Shown here piece after piece: positions 1 to 9,602 of a stretch of 64,000 nucleotides of DNA (positions are counted from its first letter, which is position 1; each line of letters starts with the position of its first letter). The stretch is from Acidobacteriaceae bacterium (GTDB lineage Bacteria; Acidobacteriota; Terriglobia; Terriglobales; Acidobacteriaceae). A model generated the notes under the pieces. That model made no database searches. It was not told where the DNA came from and was given only the letters and a program-made list of their open reading frames with translations. Position numbers and translations under genes: made by a program. The DNA lies in contig JBEKNJ010000007.1 in assembly GCA_049522955.1 (NCBI GenBank), positions 20,965-84,964 on the forward strand. Reading direction: 5' to 3'.

Positions 1-894
1 GGCGAAGCCGGTCTCGTTCACCACGTAGTCCGCCAACCGCAAACCCATTTGTTGCGAGATCACCGAACTGGTGCCATGCGCGATGTTGGCAAATGGACCG
101 CAATGTACCGTTGCCGGTGTCCCCTCCGTCGTCTGCACCAGGTTTGGCAGCAACGCCTCGCTGAGCAGCGCCATCATCGGTCCAGTTGCCTGCAGGTCCG
201 ATGCGCGCACCGGCAAGCCCTTGCGGTTCGGTCCGATCACGATACGTGCCAACCGCGCGCGCAGATCCTCGCGGCTGGAAGCGAGGGCCAGGATCGCCAT
301 AATTTCCGACGCTGCTGTAATCAGGAATCCACTGGATCGATTGCTGCCGTCGCGCCGCTTCTTATCTGCGCCCGTCACGCTCACCGTGATGGCCCTCAGC
401 GCGCGATCGTTCATGTCGAGCGTGCGTGGCCAGGTGATCGCATGCGGATCCAGATCCAGCTCATTGCCATGAAACATGTGCGAGTCAATCAGGGCTGCCA
501 GCAGGTTGTGCGCACTCGTAATTGCATGGAAATCGCCGTGGAGGTGCAGATTGATCTTGGCCGCGGGCTCCACCTGCGAGCGGCCGCCCCCGGCGGCTCC
601 CCCTTTCATACCGAACACCGGCCCCAACGACGGCTCACGCGAAGAAAGAATGGCGCGTTTTCCAATCGCTTCCAGGCCCTGCACCAAGCCGATCGAGGTG
701 ACGGTCTTGCCCTCGCCGGAAACCGTCGGTGTGGTGGCGGTCACCAGGATGAGCTTGCCGCCGCGGTTAAATCGCGCATCCTTCAGCAGCTCCAGGCTTA
801 ACTTCCCGCTGACCGGGCTGCGCTTCTCGTATAGTTCCTCGGGTAAATCCAGCTTGCCTGCAATCGCCTCAATCGGCAGAAGATTCTTCTTCAC
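1..894 (-). CDS. fhs: formate--tetrahydrofolate ligase (N-terminal 298 codons; 3' part lies outside the window)
   Basis: Own translation of the minus strand from GTG at 894 (GAGGA about 9 nt upstream; an in-frame TGA closes the frame just upstream): VKKNLLPIEAIAGKLDLPEELYEK..GKLILVTATTPTVSGEGKTVTSIGLVQGL..EPSLGPVFGMKGGAAGGGRSQVEP..INLHLHGDFHAITSAHNLLAA. The GEGKT and PSLGPVFG-KGGAAGGG blocks are FTHFS hallmarks. It is absent from the ORF track because it runs off the window. Plus-strand ORFs 49..801 and 71..472 are its antisense shadows. Confidence 0.85.
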   Translation of the reverse strand, partial: MKKNLLPIEAIAGKLDLPEELYEKRSPVSGKLSLELLKDARFNRGGKLILVTATTPTVSGEGKTVTSIGLVQGLEAIGKRAILSSREPSLGPVFGMKGGAAGGGRSQVEPAAKINLHLHGDFHAITSAHNLLAALIDSHMFHGNELDLDPHAITWPRTLDMNDRALRAITVSVTGADKKRRDGSNRSSGFLITAASEIMAILALASSREDLRARLARIVIGPNRKGLPVRASDLQATGPMMALLSEALLPNLVQTTEGTPATVHCGPFANIAHGTSSVISQQMGLRLADYVVNETGFA

Positions 895-1145
895 GCAATA
901 TCCTCAACAACCCTCTCGTTATGTGTACTGCTCTTCGAAGGATATCTGACGGGATCCCGGCACTGGATGGTTGCCGGGTGTCGGTCAAAGCGCGCAAAAT
1001 AACTGCACTGTTTTAGGTGCCTGCGTCGTGTACCGTTGGTTTCGCCCGGCGCCGCAGGCTTCCGGTCTGTCATTCTCTGGGGAAACACCGTATTCTCAGT
1101 AGCACCTGAATCGAACTGCTTGCGTTTGAGACGAGGTCTTCGTAC

Positions 1146-3194
1146 ATGGTGTTCGCGATCCACGACGTTCGGCCTTTGCTCAAATGGCCGCTTCTGCTCA
1201 TTTTGGTCTGCGCGGCTTTTCCCCTCTGGGGCCAGGATGCAACCGCCTTCAAGACAAAGGATCCCGGCAAAGGCTTCGTCGAAGTTAGCGGAAACTGGCG
1301 TTTTCACACGGGCGACGATCTGGCGTGGGCGCAGCCGGGCTTCAACGACTCAGACTGGGAGCAACTCCGTGGAGATACAACGTGGGGTGCGCAAACCCAT
1401 CCGGCGTATGTAGGCTTTGCCTGGTATCGCAAGAGAATCGACGTCGAAACATCCGGCCCGCTGACCATCCTGATGCCGCCGGTGGACGATACGTATGAGC
1501 TCTACTGGAACGGAAAGAAAATAGGCGGCAGCGGGAAAGTGCCGCCGCACGCGCACTGGGACGCCTTTCCACACGCTTATACGTTTGCCCTGCCCAGTGC
1601 TTCGGGGGTGCTGGCCGTCCGGGTCTGGAAGCCCATGCTTGCGTCGACCGACTCGGTCGCCGTAGGCGGTTTCGAGAGCGTTCCACGCGTCGGCGATGCG
1701 ACCTACCTGGAGTTGCAGAAGAAGATAAAGGGCATGGCGCAGGAGCGTGCTTCCCTGCCGACGCTCATCTCTTCCTGCCTCATGATGGTGAGCGGTTTCA
1801 TCTCCTTGCTGCTTTTCCTGCGCGAGCGCACGCGCAGTCTGTATTTCTGGCTGGCCATTTATTTGACCACGATCGGTCTTTCGGTTCTCCGCCGCATCGT
1901 CGCGTCGGGTGACATCGGTTTCTTGACTGACCAGTTTTACCTGCTGTTCTTCGACTTCGCGGCGAACATCTCTTTGTGGGCGGTACTGCTTTCGCTGTTC
2001 GGTATGGATCGCGAGAGGTCATGGAGACGATGGACGGTGGGATTGGTGGGGGTGTATTTCGCGGCGACCGTAGTCGACCTCATCACCCTCTTCTTTTGGG
2101 AAAATGGCGGGAAAACCGCGGTGTGGACGGATGCCCTCACCACCGCCATCTATTCCATTGCGCCCCTTTTCATCCTGGCCATCCTGGTTGGGGGCTTACG
2201 ACGACGGCCGCAGATCCACCTGTGGCCGCTGGCGTCGATCCTCGTCTTCACGGGACTTTGGGTGTTCGCGCTCCAAATCGTGGGCCAGGGAGTGCAGATT
2301 ACCCATTGGGACCATGCGTTCACGCGCATGTTTAATGTGGGCTTTTCGCTCGGCGAGTACAAATTTGGCATGCGCGTGATCCTGGAGACGCTGTCTTTCG
2401 TCGCCCTGGTGTTTACCGTAGCGCGCGAACAGTATCTGGAGCGCCGGCGGCAGGCGAGCATGGAGATGGAAGTGCGGTCGGCGCGTGAGGTACAGCAGGT
2501 GCTGGTGCCGGAAACGGTTCCCCCCGTTCCCGGATTCGCCATCGACAGCGTATACAAGCCGGCAGCAGAGTTAGGCGGAGATTTCTTCCAGGTCGTGGCG
2601 TTGCCCGATACGAGCACCTTGATCGTCATCGGGGACGTGAGCGGGAAGGGGCTCAAAGCAGCGATGACGGTTTCGCTGATCGTGGGAACGCTGCGGACAC
2701 TGGCCGATTACACGCAACAACCCGCGGAGATTCTGCAGGGATTAAATCGTAGATTGTTCGGCCGGGTGCAGGATGGGTTCGCCACCTGCGTGGTATTGCG
2801 ATTAGAAGCGAACGGCAACGCGACCATGGCCAACGCGGGGCATCTGGCTCCTTTTCGCGACGGGGAGGAGTTGCCACTGCGCGGCGCTCTGCCACTGGGC
2901 CTCTCCGTCGATACGGTTTATGAGGACCTTGTTTTTCGCCTGCAGGAAGCGGAAACGCTCACGCTTTATACCGATGGAATCGTGGAAGCACGGAATGCCA
3001 CGCGTGAGTTGTTCGGGTTTGAACGAGTGCAGAGGTTGGCGCAGGAGAGGAAGTCGGCAGAGCAGATTGTGGAAGCCGCGTGTGCGTTTGGGCAGGAGGA
3101 TGACATCACGGTGTTGTCGATCCGGCGGCTGGCAGCGGCGGAAGAACCAGCGAAGGCGCGGGTGAACCTTACGGCGCAGATCGCCACCGTCTAG
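1146..3194 (+). CDS. membrane-bound SpoIIE/PP2C-family serine phosphatase with N-terminal extracytoplasmic sensor domain and about 7 TM helices
   Basis: 682-aa ORF. Signal-like helix (LLKWPLLLILVCAAFPLWGQ), then an exported beta-rich domain of about 190 aa (FAWYRKRI, YELYWNGKKIG; 7TMR-DISMED2/galactose-binding-like by eye). Hydrophobic block at res about 215-420. C-terminal PP2C/SpoIIE motifs ELGGDFFQV, GDVSGKGLKAAM, ANAGHLAPF, LYTDGIVEA, QEDDITVL. Confidence 0.8.
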   Translation: MVFAIHDVRPLLKWPLLLILVCAAFPLWGQDATAFKTKDPGKGFVEVSGNWRFHTGDDLAWAQPGFNDSDWEQLRGDTTWGAQTHPAYVGFAWYRKRIDVETSGPLTILMPPVDDTYELYWNGKKIGGSGKVPPHAHWDAFPHAYTFALPSASGVLAVRVWKPMLASTDSVAVGGFESVPRVGDATYLELQKKIKGMAQERASLPTLISSCLMMVSGFISLLLFLRERTRSLYFWLAIYLTTIGLSVLRRIVASGDIGFLTDQFYLLFFDFAANISLWAVLLSLFGMDRERSWRRWTVGLVGVYFAATVVDLITLFFWENGGKTAVWTDALTTAIYSIAPLFILAILVGGLRRRPQIHLWPLASILVFTGLWVFALQIVGQGVQITHWDHAFTRMFNVGFSLGEYKFGMRVILETLSFVALVFTVAREQYLERRRQASMEMEVRSAREVQQVLVPETVPPVPGFAIDSVYKPAAELGGDFFQVVALPDTSTLIVIGDVSGKGLKAAMTVSLIVGTLRTLADYTQQPAEILQGLNRRLFGRVQDGFATCVVLRLEANGNATMANAGHLAPFRDGEELPLRGALPLGLSVDTVYEDLVFRLQEAETLTLYTDGIVEARNATRELFGFERVQRLAQERKSAEQIVEAACAFGQEDDITVLSIRRLAAAEEPAKARVNLTAQIATV

Positions 3195-3227
3195 GCTTCG
3201 GCAGATTTTTTCCCTTCCGGGAATCGT

Positions 3228-3368
3228 GGGGTGCCCCACATCTCGCTCGTTTTTCGCGAGATGTGGGAGACCACGAACCTTGACCTTTTCCTGACCCTCA
3301 GAAAGAGGCACGTGGATATCTTTGGTCTCCCACATCTCGCGAAAAACGAGCGAGATATGGGGCACCCC
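3228..3368. repeat. double-hairpin inverted repeat (45-nt arms, 1 mismatch) between convergent genes; member of a GGGGCACCC-core repeat family
   Basis: Arm 3228-3272 (ggggtgccccacatctcgctcgtttttcgcgagatgtgggagacc) and arm 3324-3368 are reverse complements, 44/45 by hand alignment. Each arm is itself a 12-bp-stem hairpin (cccacatctcgc / gcgagatgtggg). It lies between stop codons at 3194 (+) and 3394 (-). Confidence 0.85.
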
Positions 3369-3393
3369 AAGATCCGCTGCACTATTGACCGCG

Positions 3394-4176
3394 CTATTTG
3401 TAAGTGGCCATACTGCGACCCAGTTCATCGTGGTGCGCGCTTATGTCCACCATGGAACCAAAAGCCACTCCGCCCAGCGGGTCGGCCTTGATCGCTGCAT
3501 CCAGGGCCGCGTTGACCTTATCGAGACCTTCCGCGCTCGCTGCCAGGTAGATGATCGTAAACAAGCCTGGCGCTTCGGTGTGGATTGCTTGCGTATCGAC
3601 TTCGTACTCGCGCAGCGTGCCGTCGGCGAATAGTTTCTCCAGCAGGGGCACGATCAGCTTCTTGCTGAGCACCTCCACCGAGTCGTCCGGCGCGTCCGGC
3701 TTTAAGCGGTAGGAGGCCTCATAGGTGTAGCCATCCTTCACTGTTCCTGGGTGATAGTTGTAATACCGGCTTTCGTAGACGTTATCAAAGTGATTCGTGG
3801 CGCTGGCCAGCACGGAAGTGGACGAATCACTGGCCTTCTCCAGCTGGTCCAGCACGTTGAGCACACCGGCCAGGGACATCGCCGACCACCAATCGTCATG
3901 CGTAACGCCGTCCCCCTGGTGAACCAGGGTCACATCGCTGCCATAGCCCACGATGGTCCCGTCGGCGACGGCCTTATCCAGTATTTTCTGAGTACCCGCG
4001 TAGGACTTCTCCATGTCGCCCCACTTTTCCCGGGGGATATTCCAATCCGCGACGTACGTATACAGCGCGGGCTTTTCTTTGATCTCTGAGGTCTGCGCGC
4101 AAGCTTGCCCGGCCCAAACGGCGGACATCGCGACTGCGCCCAGGCCCGTGAACACTTTCCAAAATTTCCCGTTCAT
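3394..4176 (-). CDS. exported hypothetical protein
   Basis: 260-aa ORF with Sec signal MNGKFWKVFTGLGAVAMSAVWAGQACAQ. Apparent internal duplication (..YTYVADW..ADGTIVGYG.. / ..YTYEASY..ADGTLREYE..). No motif I can name. Confidence 0.65.
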   Translation of the reverse strand: MNGKFWKVFTGLGAVAMSAVWAGQACAQTSEIKEKPALYTYVADWNIPREKWGDMEKSYAGTQKILDKAVADGTIVGYGSDVTLVHQGDGVTHDDWWSAMSLAGVLNVLDQLEKASDSSTSVLASATNHFDNVYESRYYNYHPGTVKDGYTYEASYRLKPDAPDDSVEVLSKKLIVPLLEKLFADGTLREYEVDTQAIHTEAPGLFTIIYLAASAEGLDKVNAALDAAIKADPLGGVAFGSMVDISAHHDELGRSMATYK

Positions 4177-4438
4177 TTGTCTTTCATCCTCCGTAAGCTA
4201 GACCAGATCTACGTTTGGTATTCCTGGCCATCGAAGTGTACAGGGGATTGCCTCCTGAGAAGCAGAATTCGCCGGGGGGCGGTCTGGAACCTTGCAGAGC
4301 CGCGCCGCTTCGGGTTTAATGGCGAGCGTTCATGAAACAGAGGGGACGGATCAAGTCTTCGATGGCCTTCCTGATAGGAATCTGCGAATTGGTTTAGCGA
4401 AATCGATCGTCGGGCTTCGCCCGTCATTTTCTTCCCAG

Positions 4439-4478
4439 GTACGCTGGGGCGAACCTGGGGCACCTGTCGATTTCCTCC
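4439..4478. repeat. 40-nt dispersed repeat unit (GGGGCACC core)
   Basis: gtacgctggggcgaacctggggcacctgtcgatttcctcc matches 21252-21291 at 37/40 positions (hand aligned). Intergenic. Confidence 0.8.
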
Positions 4479-4506
4479 AACATGCCGTGTGAGACAGCTC
4501 GCAACC

Positions 4507-4536
4507 TTGACCAGGGCATTTTGCGTGGCCTATCAT
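4507..4536 (+). promoter_or_regulatory. candidate sigma70-type promoter for the cytochrome P460-family gene
   Basis: TTGACC (4507-4512), 18-nt spacer, TATCAT (4531-4536), 60 nt upstream of ATG 4596. Sequence resemblance only. Confidence 0.25.
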
Positions 4537-4595
4537 CGCCGCGTTACTTCGGTCGGCCCAATCCAAAACCTGCAATCACCAGTGGAGGAAAAGCC

Positions 4596-5171
4596 ATGAA
4601 GAGGACTCTACCCTTGTGGGTGGCAATCATCGTGCTCGCGGTCGCCGTCCTGGGCCACAGGGCCAGTTCCGCACAGGACAAGTACACTCTCAAAGTGCCG
4701 GGCGGGCTCGCGTTCTCTGAGTTCAAGGGATACGAAGACTGGCAACCTGTCGGCCCGAGTGAGACCGAGGCCGCAAATGTGATCCGACTCATCGTTGCGA
4801 ATCCCGTAATGATCAACGCATACCGGGAGGGTGTTCCCGGCAACGGTAAGCCTTTCCCCGACGGCTCCAAAATTGCGAAGATTGAGTGGAGGCCGAAGAA
4901 GTTAACCGATCCCCCTTTTTCCGCGAGCGCCCCAGACACGGTGCCTGGGGACCTGGCTGTGGTCGAGTTTATCGTGAAGGACAGCAAGAGATTTTCTGAC
5001 GCGCACGGATGGGGATTTGCCATGTTCGACTATGACGTTGCATCCGCTACGTTCACGCCTGGCACCACCGCGAGCAAGCCGCCCCAGGGGCACGACGCGA
5101 AGTGCGGCACCGCTTGCCACACGCTTGCGGCGACAAAGGATTACATTTTCACGGCATATCCGAAAAGGTGA
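4596..5171 (+). CDS. cytochrome P460 / c'-beta family haem protein, periplasmic
   Basis: GGAGGA 6 nt upstream of ATG 4596 (an internal Met of ORF 4482..5171). Sec signal MKRTLPLWVAIIVLAVAVLGHRASSAQ. Single C-terminal haem-c motif CGTACH. Size of about 190 aa and layout (KDSKRF..HGWGFAMF then CxxCH) fit the P460 family as I remember it. Confidence 0.65.
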   Translation: MKRTLPLWVAIIVLAVAVLGHRASSAQDKYTLKVPGGLAFSEFKGYEDWQPVGPSETEAANVIRLIVANPVMINAYREGVPGNGKPFPDGSKIAKIEWRPKKLTDPPFSASAPDTVPGDLAVVEFIVKDSKRFSDAHGWGFAMFDYDVASATFTPGTTASKPPQGHDAKCGTACHTLAATKDYIFTAYPKR

Positions 5172-5294
5172 TGTCCACTTGCCGCTGGACTTTGCCTGCA
5201 GCATCGGGCCTCTCCCTGCAACTTTGGACCACTTTGCTGCAAACAGCTGGCCATGGGCTATCTTGTGCCGGAATCTGGGGTCGGGGATTCGTCG

Positions 5295-5759
5295 ATGGCC
5301 CAGTTCACACTTGTCGTTAACAACCGCCGGCATAGCGTCGATGTCGAACCGGAAATGCCGCTGCTCTGGGTGCTCCGCGACCTGCTTAACCTGACAGGCA
5401 CAAAATACGGTTGCGGCATTGGGATGTGCGGAGCCTGCACCGTGCACATCGATGGAGCCGCCACCCGCTCCTGTCAAACATCCATCGCGAGCGTGGCCAG
5501 CAAGGAAATCGTAACCATCGAAGGACTTGCTGCGGAGGGTCTCCATCCAGTCCAGCTGGCCTGGATCGAGCAACAGGTACCACAATGTGGCTACTGCCAA
5601 CCTGGGCAGATCATGTCCGCGGCTGCGTTGCTGGCGCAGACACCCCATCCCACCGGCGACGACATCGATCAAGCCATGGGCGGCAATCTTTGCCGTTGCG
5701 CCACCTACTTTCGCATACGCAACGCCATCCACCACGCTGCAGCGGAGACGCACGGGTGA
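5295..5759 (+). CDS. (2Fe-2S)-binding small subunit of an aldehyde oxidase / isoquinoline 1-oxidoreductase-type molybdoenzyme (IorA-like)
   Basis: [69 protein letters not shown]: both [2Fe-2S] cysteine clusters are present. Start taken at Met15 of ORF 5253..5759. Confidence 0.9.
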   Translation: MAQFTLVVNNRRHSVDVEPEMPLLWVLRDLLNLTGTKYGCGIGMCGACTVHIDGAATRSCQTSIASVASKEIVTIEGLAAEGLHPVQLAWIEQQVPQCGYCQPGQIMSAAALLAQTPHPTGDDIDQAMGGNLCRCATYFRIRNAIHHAAAETHG

Positions 5760-7960
5760 GCACCAAACCCAGCCCGCCCTTAGTCAAGAGCAGCTCCGGC
5801 GTCTCGCGCCGTACTTTCCTAGCCGCATCGGCGGCCACAGGCGGAGCGCTCGTCATAGGTCTCACCCTGCGCGGCCGTCTTGATCATTCTGACTCTTCCC
5901 AAGACCCTTTTAACGCCTGGATCCGTATCCACCCAGACGGCCAGGTCCAACTGGTATTGGACAAGTCCGAAATGGGACAGGGAGTTTTCACCGCCCTGCC
6001 GATGATCCTCGCCGAAGAGGCGGAGATCGACTTCTCCAGGATCACGGTAGTCCAGGCCGATAATGCCGATGGCACGGGTGGCAGCGGCTCCGTCCTGGAA
6101 AGCTACACTCCTCTTCGTCAAGCCGGAGCGCAGGTGCGGGAAACCATGAGAGCCGCGGCCGCTCGCCGCTGGCGTGTTCCCACCACCGAGTGCCGCGCTC
6201 AAAACAGCGGGGTCCTGCACACTCCGTCGCAGCGCACTCTCTCCTATGCCACGCTGATCCAGGACGCCCGCCGGCTTCCTCTGCCCGACCCCAAAACGGT
6301 CCCGTTGAAGAGCCCTAAGGATTTCACTTTGCTGGGCCGATCCATTCCGCACCTCGACATACCGGCTAAGGTGAAGGGAGCCGCTGTATTCGGTCTCGAC
6401 GTTCGCATTCCAGGGATGGTCTACGCCGTGGTCGCTCAGTGCCCGTACTTTCGCGGCGATCTGGTCCGCTTCGACGCTGCTAAAGCCAAGGCAGTCCCCG
6501 GCGTGCTGGATGTTTTTGAAATACCCACCGATCCCGGCACGGCCAACAAGAACACCCGCGAGGTTGCGGTGGTTGCTGCCAACACGTGGGCCGCCATTCG
6601 CGGCCGCAGTGCGCTGGCCGCCGAATGGAAGCCTGGCGAGTATCACGAAGAATCTTCCGAATCCCTCACGGCCCGGCTGCGCGCCGCCCTGGACGCACAG
6701 GAGTATTGGAATTCCACCAACACGACGCTCAATCCGGACCATGTTCCCGCGGCAAGACAGATTGAGAGCATCTACGAATTCCCCTACCTGGCACACGCCA
6801 CCATGGAGCCGATGAACATCACGGCCAGGCTCGAACACGGCCATTGCGAGATCTGGTCGCCCACGCAAACAGGCGTGGGAACACAGGAGAGCGCGGCGAA
6901 ACTTCTCGGCATCGACAAGCGAGATGTAACCGTGCACGTTACCTTTATGGGAGGAGGCTTCGGCCGGCGTTTCGGCGTGCCGTTCAACCACCAGGTGTTG
7001 GAAATCGCTCGACGTATCCGGCGGCCGGTGCAACTCGTCTGGACCCGCGAAGACGACTTCACGCACGATCGCTACCGTCCAGCAGGCATGCACCGGCTGC
7101 GCGCAGGCATCGATGAGGAAGGAAATCTCATTTCCTGGACCGACCGCCTTACCGACACCACCATCATCGGTCAGTCAAACCCACGCAAGGCGGAGGACTT
7201 CGAGTTGGGCGGCGCTCTCAACCATCCCTACCCGGCGCAGCATTTCCGCATGTCGTATGTGCCTGTGCAAAGTGGCGCCACCCGGGGAGCATGGCGTGGG
7301 GTTGAGATTTCTTTCAATGTATTTGCGGTCGAGTGCTTCATCGACGAGCTCGCGCACCTGGCAGGACAGGATCCCTATCACTATCGCCGTCGTCTACTGG
7401 AGGGTGCCGCAAGCCATCCCACCGCGCCCAGGTCAAACTTCGATGGCAAACTTGCCGATCCCGCCCGTATGGTGCAAATGCTTGATCTGGCTGCAGAGAA
7501 GGCTGGCTGGGGCAAGCCTCTTGAGGCCCATCGGGGCAGCGGTATCTCGTGCTTCTTTTCCAAGACCAGTTATCTCGCGCAGGTGTCGGAGGTAACGGTC
7601 AAGGATGGAAAGCTCCGCGTGGACCGCGTGGTCACGGTGGTCGATCCTGGCCTGGTGGTCAACGCAAATGGCATTCGTGCTCAGATCGAGGGCGCCATCC
7701 TGATGGGGCTTAGCGCGGCGCTCAAGGAGCGCATTACCGTCAAGGACGGAATGATTCAACAGCAAAACTTCAACAGCTATGAGTTGCTGCGGATGCCGGA
7801 TGCGCCGCAGCTCGAAACCTACCTGGTGGAAGGCGGCAGACCCCCCGGTGGCATGGGCGAGCCGCCGCTGGCGCTAATCGCTCCCAGCGTGGGCAATGCG
7901 ATCTTCCAGGCAACCGGCAAACGCCTGCGCACGCTTCCTTTTCAGCTGGCCGACGTTTGA
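5756..7960 (+). CDS. molybdopterin-binding large subunit (IorB / aldehyde oxidase beta-like), Tat-exported
   Basis: GTG 5756 overlaps the IorA-like stop (GTGA). Twin-arginine signal [20 protein letters not shown]. About 734 aa, typical for IorB-type subunits. The upstream part of ORF 5411..7960 overlaps the small-subunit gene out of frame and is rejected. Confidence 0.9.
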   Translation: MSTKPSPPLVKSSSGVSRRTFLAASAATGGALVIGLTLRGRLDHSDSSQDPFNAWIRIHPDGQVQLVLDKSEMGQGVFTALPMILAEEAEIDFSRITVVQADNADGTGGSGSVLESYTPLRQAGAQVRETMRAAAARRWRVPTTECRAQNSGVLHTPSQRTLSYATLIQDARRLPLPDPKTVPLKSPKDFTLLGRSIPHLDIPAKVKGAAVFGLDVRIPGMVYAVVAQCPYFRGDLVRFDAAKAKAVPGVLDVFEIPTDPGTANKNTREVAVVAANTWAAIRGRSALAAEWKPGEYHEESSESLTARLRAALDAQEYWNSTNTTLNPDHVPAARQIESIYEFPYLAHATMEPMNITARLEHGHCEIWSPTQTGVGTQESAAKLLGIDKRDVTVHVTFMGGGFGRRFGVPFNHQVLEIARRIRRPVQLVWTREDDFTHDRYRPAGMHRLRAGIDEEGNLISWTDRLTDTTIIGQSNPRKAEDFELGGALNHPYPAQHFRMSYVPVQSGATRGAWRGVEISFNVFAVECFIDELAHLAGQDPYHYRRRLLEGAASHPTAPRSNFDGKLADPARMVQMLDLAAEKAGWGKPLEAHRGSGISCFFSKTSYLAQVSEVTVKDGKLRVDRVVTVVDPGLVVNANGIRAQIEGAILMGLSAALKERITVKDGMIQQQNFNSYELLRMPDAPQLETYLVEGGRPPGGMGEPPLALIAPSVGNAIFQATGKRLRTLPFQLADV

Positions 7961-8027
7961 TTAGAAATCTGAAACTAAGTAATGATCCACTAAGTTGCGG
8001 AGGGTGGGCGGCGGGTAGGTTCGCGAT

Positions 8028-9464
8028 TCAAAAGACCCCGCGCAACGATCGAATGCCTTCACGGATCTCCCGTTCGTTCAGGTGCGCGAATCCGAGAATG
8101 AATCCAGGGCGCGGGGACGCATTCAGAAAACAATGAGACATCCCGTAGATACCTACGCCGCGTTGTTGTGCTCTTCTCACGAGTGTCGCTTCGGTCGCCG
8201 TCGATTGCCGCGGCCAGAGCACAACGTGAGCCCCGGCATTCGCCCCCGTGACCTCCACCCTGTCTCCCAGGTACTTGTCAACCGAATCCAACAGAGCCTT
8301 GCGCCGTTGGGTGTGCCTCTGGCGCAGCTGACGAAGATGGCGCTCGTAATAGCCCTGGGCGATGAACTCAGCCAGCGTCTGCTGCTCGAGCGAGGCGGAG
8401 TGAAGGTCGGTGAGCCATTTAGCGGCGATCAAGGCGGAAACAGCCGGGGGTGTCGCAACCACATAGCCAATGCGCAGGGCGGGAAACACGGTGCGTGAAA
8501 ACGTCCCGATATAGACGGTGCGCCCTTCCTGATCGAGTCCCTGAAGCGACTCGAGCGGCCGATCATCGTAGCGAAACTCGCCATCATAATCGTCTTCGAC
8601 GATGATCGAATTGCGCCGCCGCGCCCAATCGAGCAGCGCCAGCCGGCGTTCCAGTGGCAGAATGGCTCCGGTTGGAAACTGATGCGACGGTGTCACGAAG
8701 GCCAGCCGCGCGTCGTCCGGCAGCCGGTCTGTATCGATGCCATCCCGATCGACAGTGACCGGGCGCAACTGGGCGCCGGCTGCAACCAGCGCTGCTCGCG
8801 TACCGTTGTAGTGCGGCTCTTCGATCGCAACCTGATCGCCGGGCTCGACGAGAACGCGTATGACCAGATCGAGTGCCTGTTGTGAGCCATTCACGATGAT
8901 GATCTCAGAAGGTTCGCAGCGGACTGCTCTGGAGCGCCGCAAATGCGCGCAGACGGCTTCACGCAAGTCAAGGTTGCCGAGAGCCGAGCTGTAATCAAAA
9001 TGCCGCACCGACGCTTTTCGCGCTCGACGGAGGAGCAAACGGCGCCATACTTCAGAAGGAAAGGTCTCGAGATCGCTTCGGCCATAACGAAAGTCATAAC
9101 GGATCGTCGCGGAAGGCGACGGAGGAGTGTCGACCGACGGCACCGCCAGAGACGCTGCTCTGCCGAAGCGTGAGAGGCGCAGGCCCGCGGCTTGTCTTCT
9201 CGCGCGTGGCCTGTTCTCGATTAGACGTTCGGACACATAGGTTCCCGACCCGCCGCGGCCTGAAACAAAACCCTCTGCGAGTAGCTGTTCGTAGGCCTGC
9301 ACAATCACTGTCCGCGACACACCTAGCTGGACGGCAAAGTCGCGGGTTGAGGGAAGCTGGTCACCGGGCCGAAGCTTGCTCAAGAGAATCGCTTCGCGCA
9401 GGCCGGAGTAGACCTGTCGAAAGAGAGGCTCCCCGCCGTGCGCAAGTGGTATCACTAGTTGCAT
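8028..9464 (-). CDS. MocR/PdxR-family transcriptional regulator (GntR wHTH fused to aminotransferase-like PLP domain)
   Basis: Start at Met32 of ORF 8028..9557. N-terminal wHTH LPSTRDFAVQLGVSRTVIVQAYEQLLAEGF, then a fold-type-I aminotransferase-like domain of about 360 aa. Confidence 0.9.
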   Translation of the reverse strand: MQLVIPLAHGGEPLFRQVYSGLREAILLSKLRPGDQLPSTRDFAVQLGVSRTVIVQAYEQLLAEGFVSGRGGSGTYVSERLIENRPRARRQAAGLRLSRFGRAASLAVPSVDTPPSPSATIRYDFRYGRSDLETFPSEVWRRLLLRRARKASVRHFDYSSALGNLDLREAVCAHLRRSRAVRCEPSEIIIVNGSQQALDLVIRVLVEPGDQVAIEEPHYNGTRAALVAAGAQLRPVTVDRDGIDTDRLPDDARLAFVTPSHQFPTGAILPLERRLALLDWARRRNSIIVEDDYDGEFRYDDRPLESLQGLDQEGRTVYIGTFSRTVFPALRIGYVVATPPAVSALIAAKWLTDLHSASLEQQTLAEFIAQGYYERHLRQLRQRHTQRRKALLDSVDKYLGDRVEVTGANAGAHVVLWPRQSTATEATLVRRAQQRGVGIYGMSHCFLNASPRPGFILGFAHLNEREIREGIRSLRGVF

Positions 9465-9602
9465 ATAAGATGACCTATTTAAAGTGGTACTTTCTTCTCC
9501 GCCGGAAATGGACCTTGGACAATACCGCCAGTTGGGCGATGCTGAATGCCAGCACATTCTACTGAAAAACGCGGGGCATCGCGCCTGGTTACGGAGTTCC
9601 TG

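Noticed and set aside
49-801. 250-aa + ORF (and 71..472, 476..949) at the window start
   Set aside because: These are antisense shadows of the fhs gene, whose minus-strand translation shows unmistakable FTHFS motifs. The + products are Arg/Cys-rich and motif-free.
895-1145. Possible ZTP (pfl) or folate riboswitch in the fhs leader
   Set aside because: fhs is a classic ZTP-riboswitch target, so I read the minus-strand leader for the conserved GGGUCGUGACUGGCG ... CCGGG ... CCGCCUGGGC segments. None is present; only generic hairpins occur (for example gcctgcg...cgcaggc).
5411-5755. N-terminal 115-codon extension of the 849-aa ORF 5411..7960
   Set aside because: It overlaps the 2Fe-2S subunit gene out of frame and is Arg/His/Ser-rich junk. 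A GTG at 5756 gives a proper Tat signal and GTGA coupling to the upstream stop.
5819-7093. 424-aa minus-strand ORF
   Set aside because: It lies entirely antisense to the molybdopterin subunit gene. This is a typical long shadow ORF of high-GC DNA with no motifs.
8028-9557. Longer 509-aa version of the MocR gene
   Set aside because: The first 31 codons (MCWHSASPNWRYCPRS..) precede the conserved wHTH and would overlap the divergent gene's leader. Met32 (9464) gives the standard MocR N-terminus.
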